NCBI GenBank assembly: GCA_965602015.1
Contig: OZ271918.1
Coordinates: forward strand, 3,392,001 to 3,456,000
Reading direction: 5' to 3'
Length of the DNA: 64,000 bases
DNA from: Salinispira sp.
GTDB taxonomy: Bacteria; Spirochaetota; Spirochaetia; DSM-27196; Salinispiraceae
Shown here one piece after another: positions 50,224 through 59,389 of this stretch. A program made the translations under genes and the position numbers. The stretch's first letter is position 1, and each line of letters starts with the position of its first letter. The notes beneath the pieces are model-generated. The model worked only from the letters and a program-made list of their open reading frames with translations, had not been told where the DNA came from and ran no database searches.

Positions 50224-51507
50224 ATGGACAGAGAAAAGAAAGAAAAGATCGCAGTATTCCGCTTCGGGGTCATCTTTCCGCTTGTGGAGAAAGACCTACA
50301 CCAGTATTGGGGAGAGAAAGAGCGAATCCTGCGGGAGCTGGTCAGCAAGGAATGGGAGATTCCCTTTTCAAACCGAAACTACATCAGCAAGGCCACCATC
50401 CTGACCTGGGTAAAGCGCTACGAAGATGGCGGGCGGAAGATTGAAGCCTTGTTTCCTGAGAATCGCGGCGACAAGGGCCGGATGAGAAGCATTTCCGATG
50501 AACAAATCGATGCGCTCATGCTGCTTCGAAAAGAGCATCCAAAACTCTCCACCCCGCGTCTGGTTGAAATTGCTCAAGGAAACGGCGTCTTTCCGTCCGG
50601 AAAAGAGGTCTCCATGGCCAGCATTTACCGGCTCATGAAGATCCGCAAAGCCCAACGGGTCAAAGTCGAGTCTGACATGAGGAAGTTCGAGGTACAATTG
50701 CCCAACGACCTGTGGCAGTCAGACTGCATGCACGGTCCGAAAGTTCTGCATGGCGGGAAACTGAGAAAGACCTATCTGTTTGCAATCATTGACGACCATT
50801 CAAGGCTCATTACCCATGGCCAGTTCTACCTGGCTGAAACACTGGAAAATTACCTGGACTGCTTATGGACGGCGTTACGCAAGCGGGGAGTTCCCCGAAA
50901 GCTCTATGTCGATAACGGGGCATCATTTAAGGCGCACAGGCTCCAGTTGGGATGTGCTTCGCTGGAAATCGGGCTGCGCTATGCACGGCCGTACCGACCC
51001 CAGGGAAAGGGCAAGATTGAACGGTTCTTTCGTACCGTACGTAGCCAGTTTATCCCCGAGCTGCCTGATGAACTTCCTCTGGATGAGATCAACCGGCTGT
51101 TTCACCACTACATTGAAAACGGTTATCACCAGAGGATCCATGGCGGTACGGGGCAGAAGCCCCTGGAGCGTTACCTGCAGGATGCCCATGCCTTGCGAAA
51201 AGCGCCGGAGAACTTGCCTGAATACTTTCGAAAACGCGAGGAGCGAACGGTAAACAACGACCGGACGGTGAAACTCGATGGCCGTTTGTATGAAGCCCCT
51301 GCGGGATTGGTTGGCATGAAAGTCGTCCTGCGTTTTGAGAATTACGACCGGATTGAAGTCTTTCTCGAGAATCAGTCAAAGGGATTCTTAAGGGATCTGG
51401 ATCAGGGAGTGAACAGCCGCATTAAGCGGGACGGCACGGGTCCGGTCATGCCGTCGGCTTCGGGGGGAGCTCTTTTTGAAAAGCTGGGCTCAAAGGCAGG
51501 TAGCTAA
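50224..51507 (+). CDS. DDE transposase (rve core, Mu-like C-terminus)
   Basis: WQSD, IIDDHSR, YVDNG, GKGKIERFF; AGGAGG RBS. Confidence 0.92.
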   Translation: MDREKKEKIAVFRFGVIFPLVEKDLHQYWGEKERILRELVSKEWEIPFSNRNYISKATILTWVKRYEDGGRKIEALFPENRGDKGRMRSISDEQIDALMLLRKEHPKLSTPRLVEIAQGNGVFPSGKEVSMASIYRLMKIRKAQRVKVESDMRKFEVQLPNDLWQSDCMHGPKVLHGGKLRKTYLFAIIDDHSRLITHGQFYLAETLENYLDCLWTALRKRGVPRKLYVDNGASFKAHRLQLGCASLEIGLRYARPYRPQGKGKIERFFRTVRSQFIPELPDELPLDEINRLFHHYIENGYHQRIHGGTGQKPLERYLQDAHALRKAPENLPEYFRKREERTVNNDRTVKLDGRLYEAPAGLVGMKVVLRFENYDRIEVFLENQSKGFLRDLDQGVNSRIKRDGTGPVMPSASGGALFEKLGSKAGS

Positions 51508-52313
51508 TGGATACGCTGCGCCACCACTTTGGATTCCGGCACAACCCGTTCCCGCAGAATGTAGCGGTAAAGGACCTGTACCCCTTACCGGCATTGGAAC
51601 CCCTGCGGCAGCGGGTGTTCTTTGCCCTGGAGCAGAAAGCCATTGCCGTCATCACCGGAGATGTGGGGTCGGGAAAGTCTACGTCATTGCGCTATGTCTC
51701 AAGCAAATGCCATTCGAGTGAGTATGAACTGATTACCATTGTCGGCGGGAACTTCTCACCCATGGAACTGTACCGGCAGATCCTGCTCACTTTCGGCATG
51801 AGCTATATGTCGTTCCAGGTATCGATCATGATCTCGAAGATCCGGGAGCTTATTCTGGAAATTGCATCCCGCAATGTCATCCCGGTGCTGGTAATCGATG
51901 AGGCTCATCTGCTGAAACGGTCAGTGTTTACCCAGCTGCATACCCTTGCTCAGTTTGAATTCGATTCCAAACCGGTCATGCCGATGATTCTCTGCGGTCA
52001 GGATTTCCTGCTCGATCATCTGATGGCTAACTCAGTTCGGCCTCTGGCGTCCCGGGTGCTGGGCAAGAATCATCTGGAGTCTATTAAGAAGGAGGTGATG
52101 GAAGATTACCTGAATCATCACATCACCCTGGCCGGGGGAACAAAGAAAGCATTCAGTGATGAGGCGATCTTTGCCATTCATCAGGGATCCGGTGGTCTCT
52201 TGCGGAAAGCCAACTCCCTGGCGAAAACGGCTCTCCTTGCCTGCGCCGGAGATGGTGGACAGACTGTTTCTGCAGAACACGTCCGGGTCGCTTCCACCGA
52301 GATTTTTATGTAA
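51507..52313 (+). CDS. ExeA/GspA-like AAA+ ATPase
   Basis: HFG...NPF, GDVGSGKS, VIDEAH, LCGQ. Confidence 0.9.
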   Translation: MDTLRHHFGFRHNPFPQNVAVKDLYPLPALEPLRQRVFFALEQKAIAVITGDVGSGKSTSLRYVSSKCHSSEYELITIVGGNFSPMELYRQILLTFGMSYMSFQVSIMISKIRELILEIASRNVIPVLVIDEAHLLKRSVFTQLHTLAQFEFDSKPVMPMILCGQDFLLDHLMANSVRPLASRVLGKNHLESIKKEVMEDYLNHHITLAGGTKKAFSDEAIFAIHQGSGGLLRKANSLAKTALLACAGDGGQTVSAEHVRVASTEIFM

Positions 52314-52320
52314 ATGCTGC

Positions 52321-52344
52321 CCCTGCCGCGAATGCGGCAGGGGG
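52321..52344 (+). terminator. Hairpin after the ATPase gene
   Basis: CCCCTGCCGC-GAAT-GCGGCAGGGG. Confidence 0.6.
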
Positions 52345-52433
52345 TACCCTTCGTCAGTTTTACTTGTAAAATTGTTTGTCTGTACGTGCGAGGGTTAGGC
52401 TAATTTAATGTGCGAAGCTACACGAAGCGCTTG

Positions 52434-53228
52434 TTATGCAGCGACCTCTTTCCTCATGGTACTGCTGTTGCCCTTTATCATGAATCGAGTCAACAAAAGC
52501 AAGATTCCAAGCAAAAAGATTGTGACTATCCATCGCATCATCGATGGAAAATCCAATGTATTTAAAAACAGGTCCCCAATATATCGAGAAGATAAATTTA
52601 CGATTCCATGAATTAGAATTGCGAAGTGAATTGAATAACCTTGAATAATAATCCAACCAAGAAAAAATCCTAATACAAGAGTAAATGAAATAAGGAGGAT
52701 GGTGCCATGAATAAGTGCAAAACAGATTGTGGATACAATAAGCGATGTATATTTATAATTTTCGGTAAACGGCAGGACATCCCGAAAGATTAGCTCTTCA
52801 ATAATTGGTGATAGGATCCCAATTGAGATCAGAGTGAATATTTTTCTTGTATTGTCTCCTGTGTCATACATTTGAATTATCTGGGATATTTCAATTTCAG
52901 CTTGTCCGGGAAAAAATATGTGTCCGATATTCCATGAAAATGAGATGAAGCTTATTCCCCAAAATAGCATAATCAATACCTGAAAGGGATCCATCTCCGG
53001 TTTTTGAAATACATTCGAAAATAATCTTTTGCTTGGGAGCAATAGCATAAGAATTAGAAAGATAAATTTTCCAATAGCTACCCGTTCGGGAAACTGTGAA
53101 GATGGATTGATGCTTATATTATATCCAGTATCATTTTGGGTAATTGTTGTGGATGCAAATACGAGAGTAAGAAAATATAAGAATACCAGGAGAAGCATGA
53201 ATAGTAAGGGTTTTCCTGGAAATTTCAT
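52434..53228 (-). CDS. Cassette: CPBP (CAAX/Abi) intramembrane metalloprotease
   Basis: EELIFR, FALIH, AILIH..VN. Confidence 0.88.
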   Translation of the reverse strand: MKFPGKPLLFMLLLVFLYFLTLVFASTTITQNDTGYNISINPSSQFPERVAIGKFIFLILMLLLPSKRLFSNVFQKPEMDPFQVLIMLFWGISFISFSWNIGHIFFPGQAEIEISQIIQMYDTGDNTRKIFTLISIGILSPIIEELIFRDVLPFTENYKYTSLIVSTICFALIHGTILLISFTLVLGFFLGWIIIQGYSIHFAILIHGIVNLSSRYIGDLFLNTLDFPSMMRWIVTIFLLGILLLLTRFMIKGNSSTMRKEVAA

Positions 53229-53261
53229 ACTCGGTGTATCCTATAAATCATTCTTGCGTCT

Positions 53262-53378
53262 GCATAACAACCACTTAACCTGTGAGCCGTACATTGGCAT
53301 GGAGTTTGCCCTGCCCTTCAGGGCAGGACAAGCAAACTCCATGCCAATAGGCGAATCAGGTTGAAGTGCTTGTTATGC
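53262..53378 (-). repeat. attC 4
   Basis: GCATAAC...GTTATGC. Confidence 0.9.
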
Positions 53379-53807
53379 ACCCTCTAATATTTCGCTTTTT
53401 ATTTTTTCTATTGTCTGAAGCGCATTATTTATCAAAGGGAAAAGCAGTTCCTGATCGAGCATAAATCCATATGAATGACGAAAGAAATGTCGAAAACTCT
53501 GATAATCACGGACCGATTCATAGGTTTCTTTTGAAATGATTTTTCGATCTGTTATTAGCGTTAATAATTCTGAATGCCATTTTGGTCCATCAGGAATTTT
53601 AATTTCCTGATCTGTTAATATTAGTACGAAAATTTTTTCTATTCCGTTATAGATCGAATGTAGCGTGGTGGCCGCTGCTCTTACTTGAATTTCATCAATC
53701 CGATTTGCTGTGAAAAGTGGTATGAGAATTTTGGTAAGTTCGGCTTCCTTTAGGATTTGAGAAAATTCAAATTGGATATCATCTTTTGCTTCAGGCGACA
53801 CGTTCAA
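53373..53807 (-). CDS. Cassette: HEPN (HepT-like) ribonuclease toxin
   Basis: YNGIEK, WH..LL, RHFFRHSY (RX4H). Confidence 0.85.
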   Translation of the reverse strand: MNVSPEAKDDIQFEFSQILKEAELTKILIPLFTANRIDEIQVRAAATTLHSIYNGIEKIFVLILTDQEIKIPDGPKWHSELLTLITDRKIISKETYESVRDYQSFRHFFRHSYGFMLDQELLFPLINNALQTIEKIKSEILEGA

Positions 53808-54081
53808 GTTTTTTTCTATCTCTTAATCTTCGACTAAAATCATGATCATAATCCAAGCCGATTAAGTCTACACTTCGGCTTAGTTTTTCAATGAGCTCCC
53901 CGTATGCCGTAAAAAATTTGCTTTTAGGGAGGCCGACGACCGCGATATCGATATCCGAATTATCCGTGAAATTTCCTTCAATTAAGGATCCAAAGATATA
54001 GATTTCACGGCATCCAAACTTCAGAAGAATTTCTTTTGCGAGATCTATATCTTCTTTGGTCTTTGTATCTGCCTTAATCAT
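53791..54081 (-). CDS. Cassette: MNT minimal nucleotidyltransferase antitoxin
   Basis: IFGS......SDIDIAV...VDL. Confidence 0.88.
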   Translation of the reverse strand: MIKADTKTKEDIDLAKEILLKFGCREIYIFGSLIEGNFTDNSDIDIAVVGLPKSKFFTAYGELIEKLSRSVDLIGLDYDHDFSRRLRDRKKLERVA

Positions 54082-54088
54082 TAATCCA

Positions 54089-54117
54089 ATTCTATTTTAT
54101 AGATTTGAAAAACACAA
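54089..54117 (-). promoter_or_regulatory. Cassette-internal sigma70 promoter
   Basis: TTGTGT-17-TAGAAT, 7 nt before the ATG. Confidence 0.65.
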
Positions 54118-54162
54118 GAATTCGGTAAGACTGCTTGTTAATCTAAAATATTAAAAAAGTGT

Positions 54163-54260
54163 GCATAACAACCACTTAACCTGTGAGCCGTACATTGGCG
54201 CGTGTTTTTGCGAATGCAAAAACCGTGACAATAGGCGAATCAGGTTGAAGCTTGTTATGT
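54163..54260 (-). repeat. attC 5 (short variant, 2-bp deletion near one core)
   Basis: GCATAAC...GAAGCTTGTTATGT. Confidence 0.85.
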
Positions 54261-54262
54261 GG

Positions 54263-54496
54263 TCATTTATCATGCTGTTCAGGTTCTGTATTGGGAACCT
54301 TTTTCAATATCTCTTTGTATTTGTCAGTGCTGCCCGACTTTGCTCGTTCGCTAAGATAATTTTCCGTTTCTAGTGCAGTGATTTTTTCAGCAACTGCAGC
54401 AGCGATAAACTGATTTATCGAGACATGATCTTCTTTCGAGAACCGCTTCACTGATGCGTGAAGAGAGTCTGGGATTCTTATACTCAACGTACTCAT
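54263..54496 (-). CDS. Cassette: ribbon-helix-helix (HicB/CopG-like) antitoxin
   Basis: LSIRIPDSLH......SINQFI..AVAEK. Confidence 0.8.
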   Translation of the reverse strand: MSTLSIRIPDSLHASVKRFSKEDHVSINQFIAAAVAEKITALETENYLSERAKSGSTDKYKEILKKVPNTEPEQHDK

Positions 54497-54921
54497 TTGT
54501 CCTCCTCAAGGATTTGCAGGAATTCATATGGCGTAATTGCTGAAATACCAAATGTGCTGGCTCGTTCAAAGTCTTTCACATTGTACGTAATTATCCATTT
54601 TGCATTTGCGGCTACCGCAACCTCAAGTAAATGATCATCATAAGGATCTTTGAGAATTGGTCGCCATAGATAATATACTTTGATATGTCTCCCAATCTTG
54701 CATAGGTAATCAATAATTGCCTGTATGTCCTGGTCTGAATAAATTTTCTTATCTAGTTTCTTTTTCAGTATTGCCTCGTATTCAAGAATGACCGGAACAG
54801 AAATTGAAATATTGAATTTCTCTTCCGCTAAAAGCTGGAGAATCTGAAAGGACTTTCCGTTTCGGCTACCTAAACCAGATAATAGGACATTGGTATCGAG
54901 AATTGCTTCTTGCTTCTCCAT
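54493..54921 (-). CDS. Cassette: PIN-domain toxin
   Basis: LDTNVL, EYE, DPYDD..LEVA, TYN.KDF. Confidence 0.88.
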   Translation of the reverse strand: MEKQEAILDTNVLLSGLGSRNGKSFQILQLLAEEKFNISISVPVILEYEAILKKKLDKKIYSDQDIQAIIDYLCKIGRHIKVYYLWRPILKDPYDDHLLEVAVAANAKWIITYNVKDFERASTFGISAITPYEFLQILEEDK

Positions 54922-54927
54922 AAAGGT

Positions 54928-54955
54928 ATTATATATGATACCGAAATACTTTCAA
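54928..54955 (-). promoter_or_regulatory. Cassette-internal sigma70 promoter
   Basis: TTGAAA-16-TATAAT, 6 nt before the ATG. Confidence 0.7.
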
Positions 54956-54966
54956 GTGTAGAGTAA

Positions 54967-55206
54967 TTACCAAATATAAAACATTGCATATGTCAGAGGA
55001 ACTACTACTATGGGGGACAGAAAGACTATTACAAGTGAAGGAAATTTCTGTTCTTTTCTTTTTTGATTAGAATATTGATTCAGAATTTTGATCCAATGCT
55101 GTCCATCCAATTCAATATTATTATCGATTAAGTATTTCTCCATAAGTGCCGCGCCTATGGCCTGGGGAACAATTATTAATAAGAATAGAATGAATATAGG
55201 AAGCAT
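54967..55206 (-). CDS. Cassette: small two-TM hypothetical protein
   Basis: AGGAG RBS; two hydrophobic segments. Confidence 0.6.
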   Translation of the reverse strand: MLPIFILFLLIIVPQAIGAALMEKYLIDNNIELDGQHWIKILNQYSNQKRKEQKFPSLVIVFLSPIVVVPLTYAMFYIW

Positions 55207-55241
55207 TCAGGCTCCTAGTCCTCGTTTGTAAATCTTGATCC

Positions 55242-55355
55242 ACATAACAACCACTTGAGCGGCGAGCCGTCAATTGGCGTGGAGTTTGCCCGCCGTCAGG
55301 CGGATCAGCAAACTCCATGACAATAGGCGAGTCCGTCTCGAAGTGCTTGTTAAAT
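55242..55355 (-). repeat. attC 6
   Basis: ACATAAC...GTTAAAT. Confidence 0.9.
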
Positions 55356-55369
55356 GTCCTATATGTATA

Positions 55370-56389
55370 TTAAACCGCCAGTTTAAAATCTGAGAGACCG
55401 TGACTCTCCAAGACCTCATTATATTTTTCGATGAAATCCGATTTTCCTTCAAGGATTAAAAAGATCTCTTCGAGTCCAAATCGAGCTAAAAGCATTCCGA
55501 AAAGTTCTGTTCCGAATAAGTAGTTTGGATATTGAGACAATTGCTTCTCGGATGAATCGATTCGTCCTGATGTGAACCATTTCTTATAGATTTTCCCCAT
55601 ATCAATATTTGGATTATTTGAAACCTCGGCGAAGTCATCACAAAATTGGCTGAAGTAATATGTATAGTGAGCACGGAAATAATCCCAATCATCAACCTCA
55701 ATCACATAATTCTTTCTAGCGGGTTCGATGATTGGTGAGAATAATGTCTCAGGATGGTTGAAGGATTTAATAGCTAATCCTTCGAATGCGAAGAAGAATA
55801 AAAATTCCTGCCAATTATCGAGATCTGAAAAGTTCGCAAAATATTTTTGGAACCCTATATGGTGTAATTCATGTGCGATGAGATTTTCTAACTGCTGGAT
55901 AGATTCATATTGTGTGAGTGCTTCAATAAAATCAAAGTGGATTACGTTTTTATATGGCCATCCAAAACTATTCCCGATTCCCACAGTGATGAGTATATCG
56001 AAATCTGGAAGTTGAATATTCTTAGGTAGTTTTTCAGCTGCTTTTACTTTCGCAGCTGTGATCACGCTCTCCCACCCTTTGGTAAATCCTTTCCATTTCG
56101 ATTTGATAACCTCAATATTGTTTAGCAGTTGCACAATCCGTTTTATATGCGGATGAGAATCATTATTCACTGGAGTAGGTTTCTGTCCTGAGAAGCCAGA
56201 AATTGTCTCAATTATTTCAGGAGTTGGAAAGGAAAACTCTGAATCCCTGGAAGTATATCGTTCGATTTCCAAAAGATAATCTTCGTGTTGATATAGTTTT
56301 GAGATATCATTTTTCGGCACAACGCCGTTTAAAATTTGATCGGTGAGATTGAATAAGACGGGTATTGTAGCTGAACGTAAAGTTCCCAT
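55370..56389 (-). CDS. Cassette: putative Zn-dependent protease (HExxH)
   Basis: AHELHH...EGLA. Confidence 0.7.
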   Translation of the reverse strand: MGTLRSATIPVLFNLTDQILNGVVPKNDISKLYQHEDYLLEIERYTSRDSEFSFPTPEIIETISGFSGQKPTPVNNDSHPHIKRIVQLLNNIEVIKSKWKGFTKGWESVITAAKVKAAEKLPKNIQLPDFDILITVGIGNSFGWPYKNVIHFDFIEALTQYESIQQLENLIAHELHHIGFQKYFANFSDLDNWQEFLFFFAFEGLAIKSFNHPETLFSPIIEPARKNYVIEVDDWDYFRAHYTYYFSQFCDDFAEVSNNPNIDMGKIYKKWFTSGRIDSSEKQLSQYPNYLFGTELFGMLLARFGLEEIFLILEGKSDFIEKYNEVLESHGLSDFKLAV

Positions 56390-56406
56390 TAATTCACCTT
56401 AGGTAC

Positions 56407-56523
56407 ATTTAACACTCGCTTGAGCTGCGAGCCGAAATTGGCGTGGAGTTTGCCCTGCCCTCCTGGGCAGGAATAGCAAACTCCATGACAATAGGCGAGT
56501 CAGACTCAAAGCGTTTGTTATGA
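56407..56523 (-). repeat. attC 7
   Basis: ATTTAAC...GTTATGA. Confidence 0.9.
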
Positions 56524-57204
56524 CGCGCTTTTCTGTTTATGGCAGGACATCTGAGCTAAATAAATCTGTAAGTCTTCTTCAGATATACCACTGCTTTCAA
56601 GAGCTCGCCAATTGCCAGAGTCCTTTAAATTTTGAAATAGTTCTTTGACTGATACTGATAAATCTTCGCCATAATATTTTCCGGTCATCTGATATATTTG
56701 TTGTGAAATTGTAATGGTCTTAAGGATATCTTGCTTTAGGGTGGCATTATAACAAAGGTGTCCACCTACTGCATAAACCAGAAAGCCTTTCTCAGTAAGA
56801 TGATTTTCTTCATCAATAAACTCTCTTTTTCTTAGAAGTCTGTAATTTTCGTCTTCATTTTCAGGTTTAATTCTGAAATAGCATTGTTGTAGTATTTTCC
56901 AAATTTCTTTTTTTGAGAGCAGAGAGAAAAAGTCAGAAACGGTAGTGAAGTCTTCGAGATAATTTCCAATCGCATATGTAGGCAAGTTGGTTGTATACCA
57001 TCCATTTTTTAAATCATATGCGAGCAATTGAGATAAACCTTGATGTGAATTTTCATGGACAGTTTTTTTTAGGTTTTCAAGGGCAACATCGTGTCCACAT
57101 ACTGCACTTGTCGATTCTATTTTGGAGTCTAGTTCTGCAAGCTTGATTTTCAATCGAGTGATCTCTTGTTTCAAGAACACAGGATTTTCTTCTGATTGAT
57201 TCAT
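56518..57204 (-). CDS. Cassette: hypothetical protein
   Basis: 228-aa ORF filling the cassette, stop inside the attC core; N-terminal coiled coil. Confidence 0.7.
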   Translation of the reverse strand: MNQSEENPVFLKQEITRLKIKLAELDSKIESTSAVCGHDVALENLKKTVHENSHQGLSQLLAYDLKNGWYTTNLPTYAIGNYLEDFTTVSDFFSLLSKKEIWKILQQCYFRIKPENEDENYRLLRKREFIDEENHLTEKGFLVYAVGGHLCYNATLKQDILKTITISQQIYQMTGKYYGEDLSVSVKELFQNLKDSGNWRALESSGISEEDLQIYLAQMSCHKQKSAS

Positions 57205-57287
57205 GTTGCCCCCACATCTTATTAGAGATTACAAACATAATATCATAATTATCATTAATTGAAACTAAGAAAATATTTTTTGCGTCG

Positions 57288-57408
57288 TCATAACAACCAC
57301 TTGAGCGGCGAGCCGTCAATTGGCGTGGAGTTTGCCCTGCCCGATTAGGGCAGGAATTAAGCAAACTCCATGACAATAGGCGAGTCCGTCTCGAAGTGCT
57401 TGTTATAT
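57288..57408 (-). repeat. attC 8
   Basis: TCATAAC...GTTATAT. Confidence 0.9.
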
Positions 57409-57436
57409 TTCAACTCCAATCAACAGTTTTGTTCCT

Positions 57437-58195
57437 TTAATTTTTATTCGCTTGATAAGTCTCCATCGAAATTTTGATAACATCCATAATTATTTTCAAT
57501 TCATCTGTACTAGCTAGCTCAGCCCCGAATTTCCATTCATTTGATAATATGGATTGCTCTGCCAGCAATTCTCCATCTTGGAAATAGTAATTCGCATTCC
57601 ATCGAATTTCATTCTCCAGTGAAAATGGATTCAATCCCCAATGGATATTCGATATCAAAATAATTTCATCTTCATCGAAATATGTGGTGTATGTGAATCC
57701 CGAACCATCACCGATAACTCGAATAATAAATTTGACCAGTGAATCATTCGTATTCGTATATGCACTGATTCGATATCCAACAGGGTACCCAGGACCATCC
57801 TCGTGCAGGATTTCAAAATTAAAATCAAAATCGCTTCGATCCATATCGATCTTATCAAGATGATCAATTTGAGTGGTGATATCATTAATTAGAAAAATAT
57901 TTGGGTTAAAAAGGAGCTGCCAAACATCAGCGGTTACAACACCATCATCAATTAGTGAGAATCTATTCTGAAAAATTGTGATTGCAATTTCTGAGTTCGG
58001 ACCAAACCATCCATCTACAGTACCCACTTCTGCATATCCTAAATCTAATAACCGTTGCTGAACTTGCGTTACATCAGGACCATTCATCCGGGGACTTGCC
58101 AAGTAAATGTCTCGGTAAAATTCCTGATTCTGAGCTGATAGCGAGGATATCGATAAAAGAAAAAATAAGGTAAATAATGATTTTCGGTTTTTCAT
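57437..58195 (-). CDS. Cassette: exported peptidoglycan-binding-domain protein
   Basis: Signal peptide; G.DV..VQ.RL..LGY....DG.FG......I..FQ....L..DGVV....W. Confidence 0.85.
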   Translation of the reverse strand: MKNRKSLFTLFFLLSISSLSAQNQEFYRDIYLASPRMNGPDVTQVQQRLLDLGYAEVGTVDGWFGPNSEIAITIFQNRFSLIDDGVVTADVWQLLFNPNIFLINDITTQIDHLDKIDMDRSDFDFNFEILHEDGPGYPVGYRISAYTNTNDSLVKFIIRVIGDGSGFTYTTYFDEDEIILISNIHWGLNPFSLENEIRWNANYYFQDGELLAEQSILSNEWKFGAELASTDELKIIMDVIKISMETYQANKN

Positions 58196-58214
58196 GCAAT
58201 TTCCCCGGTTGTAA

Positions 58215-58369
58215 ATATAACAACCACTTGAGCCGCGAGCCGTAATTGGCGCGTGTTCTTGCGCCGTACCTCCCTGCAGGCTTCTTCTTTTGATTGTACC
58301 CGTAGTTCCCCTCACCGCTCAAGCAAGAACCGTGACAATAGGCGAGTCGGCTCAAAGTGCTTGTTATAT
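58215..58369 (-). repeat. attC 9 (155-bp long-loop variant)
   Basis: ATATAAC...GTTATAT with a unique central insert. Confidence 0.85.
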
Positions 58370-58903
58370 TGCGCACATCTTTAGGCAATCTTTTTGGTTT
58401 TTGGCTTTCAGGATATAGCAGTTTTTCGATATGATCGCAGTCAGTGAATACAAGCAGATAGGTTTAGTATCCCACGAGCCAAATACCAAAGCGCGGATGA
58501 ATTTGCCGGATGCGGCAATCTGCTATGCTTTGATTTCGGTTTTTCATATCATTTCAATTTGCGCAGGGTACAAAATAGCACCTGGCTTTCAAATCGATGT
58601 TCGATCTGAATCAGAAAAAATAGATCACTGGCAAGAGATGCGAGGACAATGACCGAAAATCACTGATTACTTTGTAATAAAGCCACGCGGCAATTTCGAG
58701 CCTTTCAGAGACCATAGATTGGTGCACTATTTGCCGATCGGATCACACAGTTCAGTGCGCCAAAAATGACTTGAGCTGTGAACCTCGGCAGAATACGAAT
58801 CAGGCGTTATAGCCGTTGACTCAGCAGTCACAGAATTCCAGAACCAAAATAAATGAAGCGGCTAAATTCGACTGCAACTTCGGTTTATGCATTTCCTGAG
58901 TCC
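58370..58903. other. ORF-less cassette with extensive predicted base-pairing
   Basis: No ORF of 60 aa or more in the cassette orientation; several nested inverted repeats. Confidence 0.65.
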
Positions 58904-59014
58904 ATATAACAACCGCTTGAGCGGCACGCCGTCAATTGGCGTGAAAAATGCCGAGCGCAGCGACAAGCATTTTTCATGACAATAGGCGTGTCCGTCTCAA
59001 AGCGCTTGTTATGT
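58904..59014 (-). repeat. attC 10
   Basis: ATATAAC...GTTATGT. Confidence 0.9.
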
Positions 59015-59023
59015 CGCCCCTTT

Positions 59024-59320
59024 TTATCTCATACATATTATTTTGTTGAGAAATTTTCCTTCAATATTACCTTTCAATTTCAGATAATAGGATAACCAAA
59101 GAATAATCACCAATAAAACAAAAATAAACTGAGGAATCCCCTGAAGATATCGAAATATATTATCCAGTTGCTCGATTTGGAAATTAAGATCTCCATCTTG
59201 CCTTACCTCAAATCTTCCGACATACCATCCTCGAAGAAAATCATGCGAAAATGAAATTAAGAGGTGCAATATGTATGCAATTCCTCCAGAGAAAAGTACA
59301 ATTCTTCCAGCATTATTCAT
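59024..59320 (-). CDS. Cassette: small two-TM hypothetical protein
   Basis: AGGAG RBS; hydrophobic segments. Confidence 0.6.
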   Translation of the reverse strand: MNNAGRIVLFSGGIAYILHLLISFSHDFLRGWYVGRFEVRQDGDLNFQIEQLDNIFRYLQGIPQFIFVLLVIILWLSYYLKLKGNIEGKFLNKIICMR

Positions 59321-59389
59321 TTCATAAATCTCCTTTCTTCAACCTGCATTATCGAAATTTATTTCTCGCAATAATTTAAGTTGTCTGGT

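Larger units (their letters stand above)
49497..52422 (+). mobile_element. Three-gene DDE transposon inserted in attC 3
   Basis: 21-bp imperfect TIRs TGTAGCCTCTCAAATTAAATT / AATTTAATGTGCGAAGCTACA; 4-bp TSD CGAA. Confidence 0.92.

Noticed and set aside
50224..51507. Possible integron integrase for the array
   Set aside because: It is a DDE/rve enzyme, not a tyrosine recombinase; no IntI is in the window.
51507..52313. Type II secretion ExeA gene
   Set aside because: It lies within transposon TIRs and is coupled to a DDE transposase; no other T2SS genes are present.
58196..58388. N-terminal extension of the PG-binding ORF and the 104-aa overlapping ORF
   Set aside because: Both run through attC 9; the real start is the signal-peptide ATG at 58195.
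58431..58652. 73-aa plus-strand ORF in the ORF-less cassette
   Set aside because: Opposite to cassette orientation, with no RBS or recognisable motif; not excluded, but unsupported.
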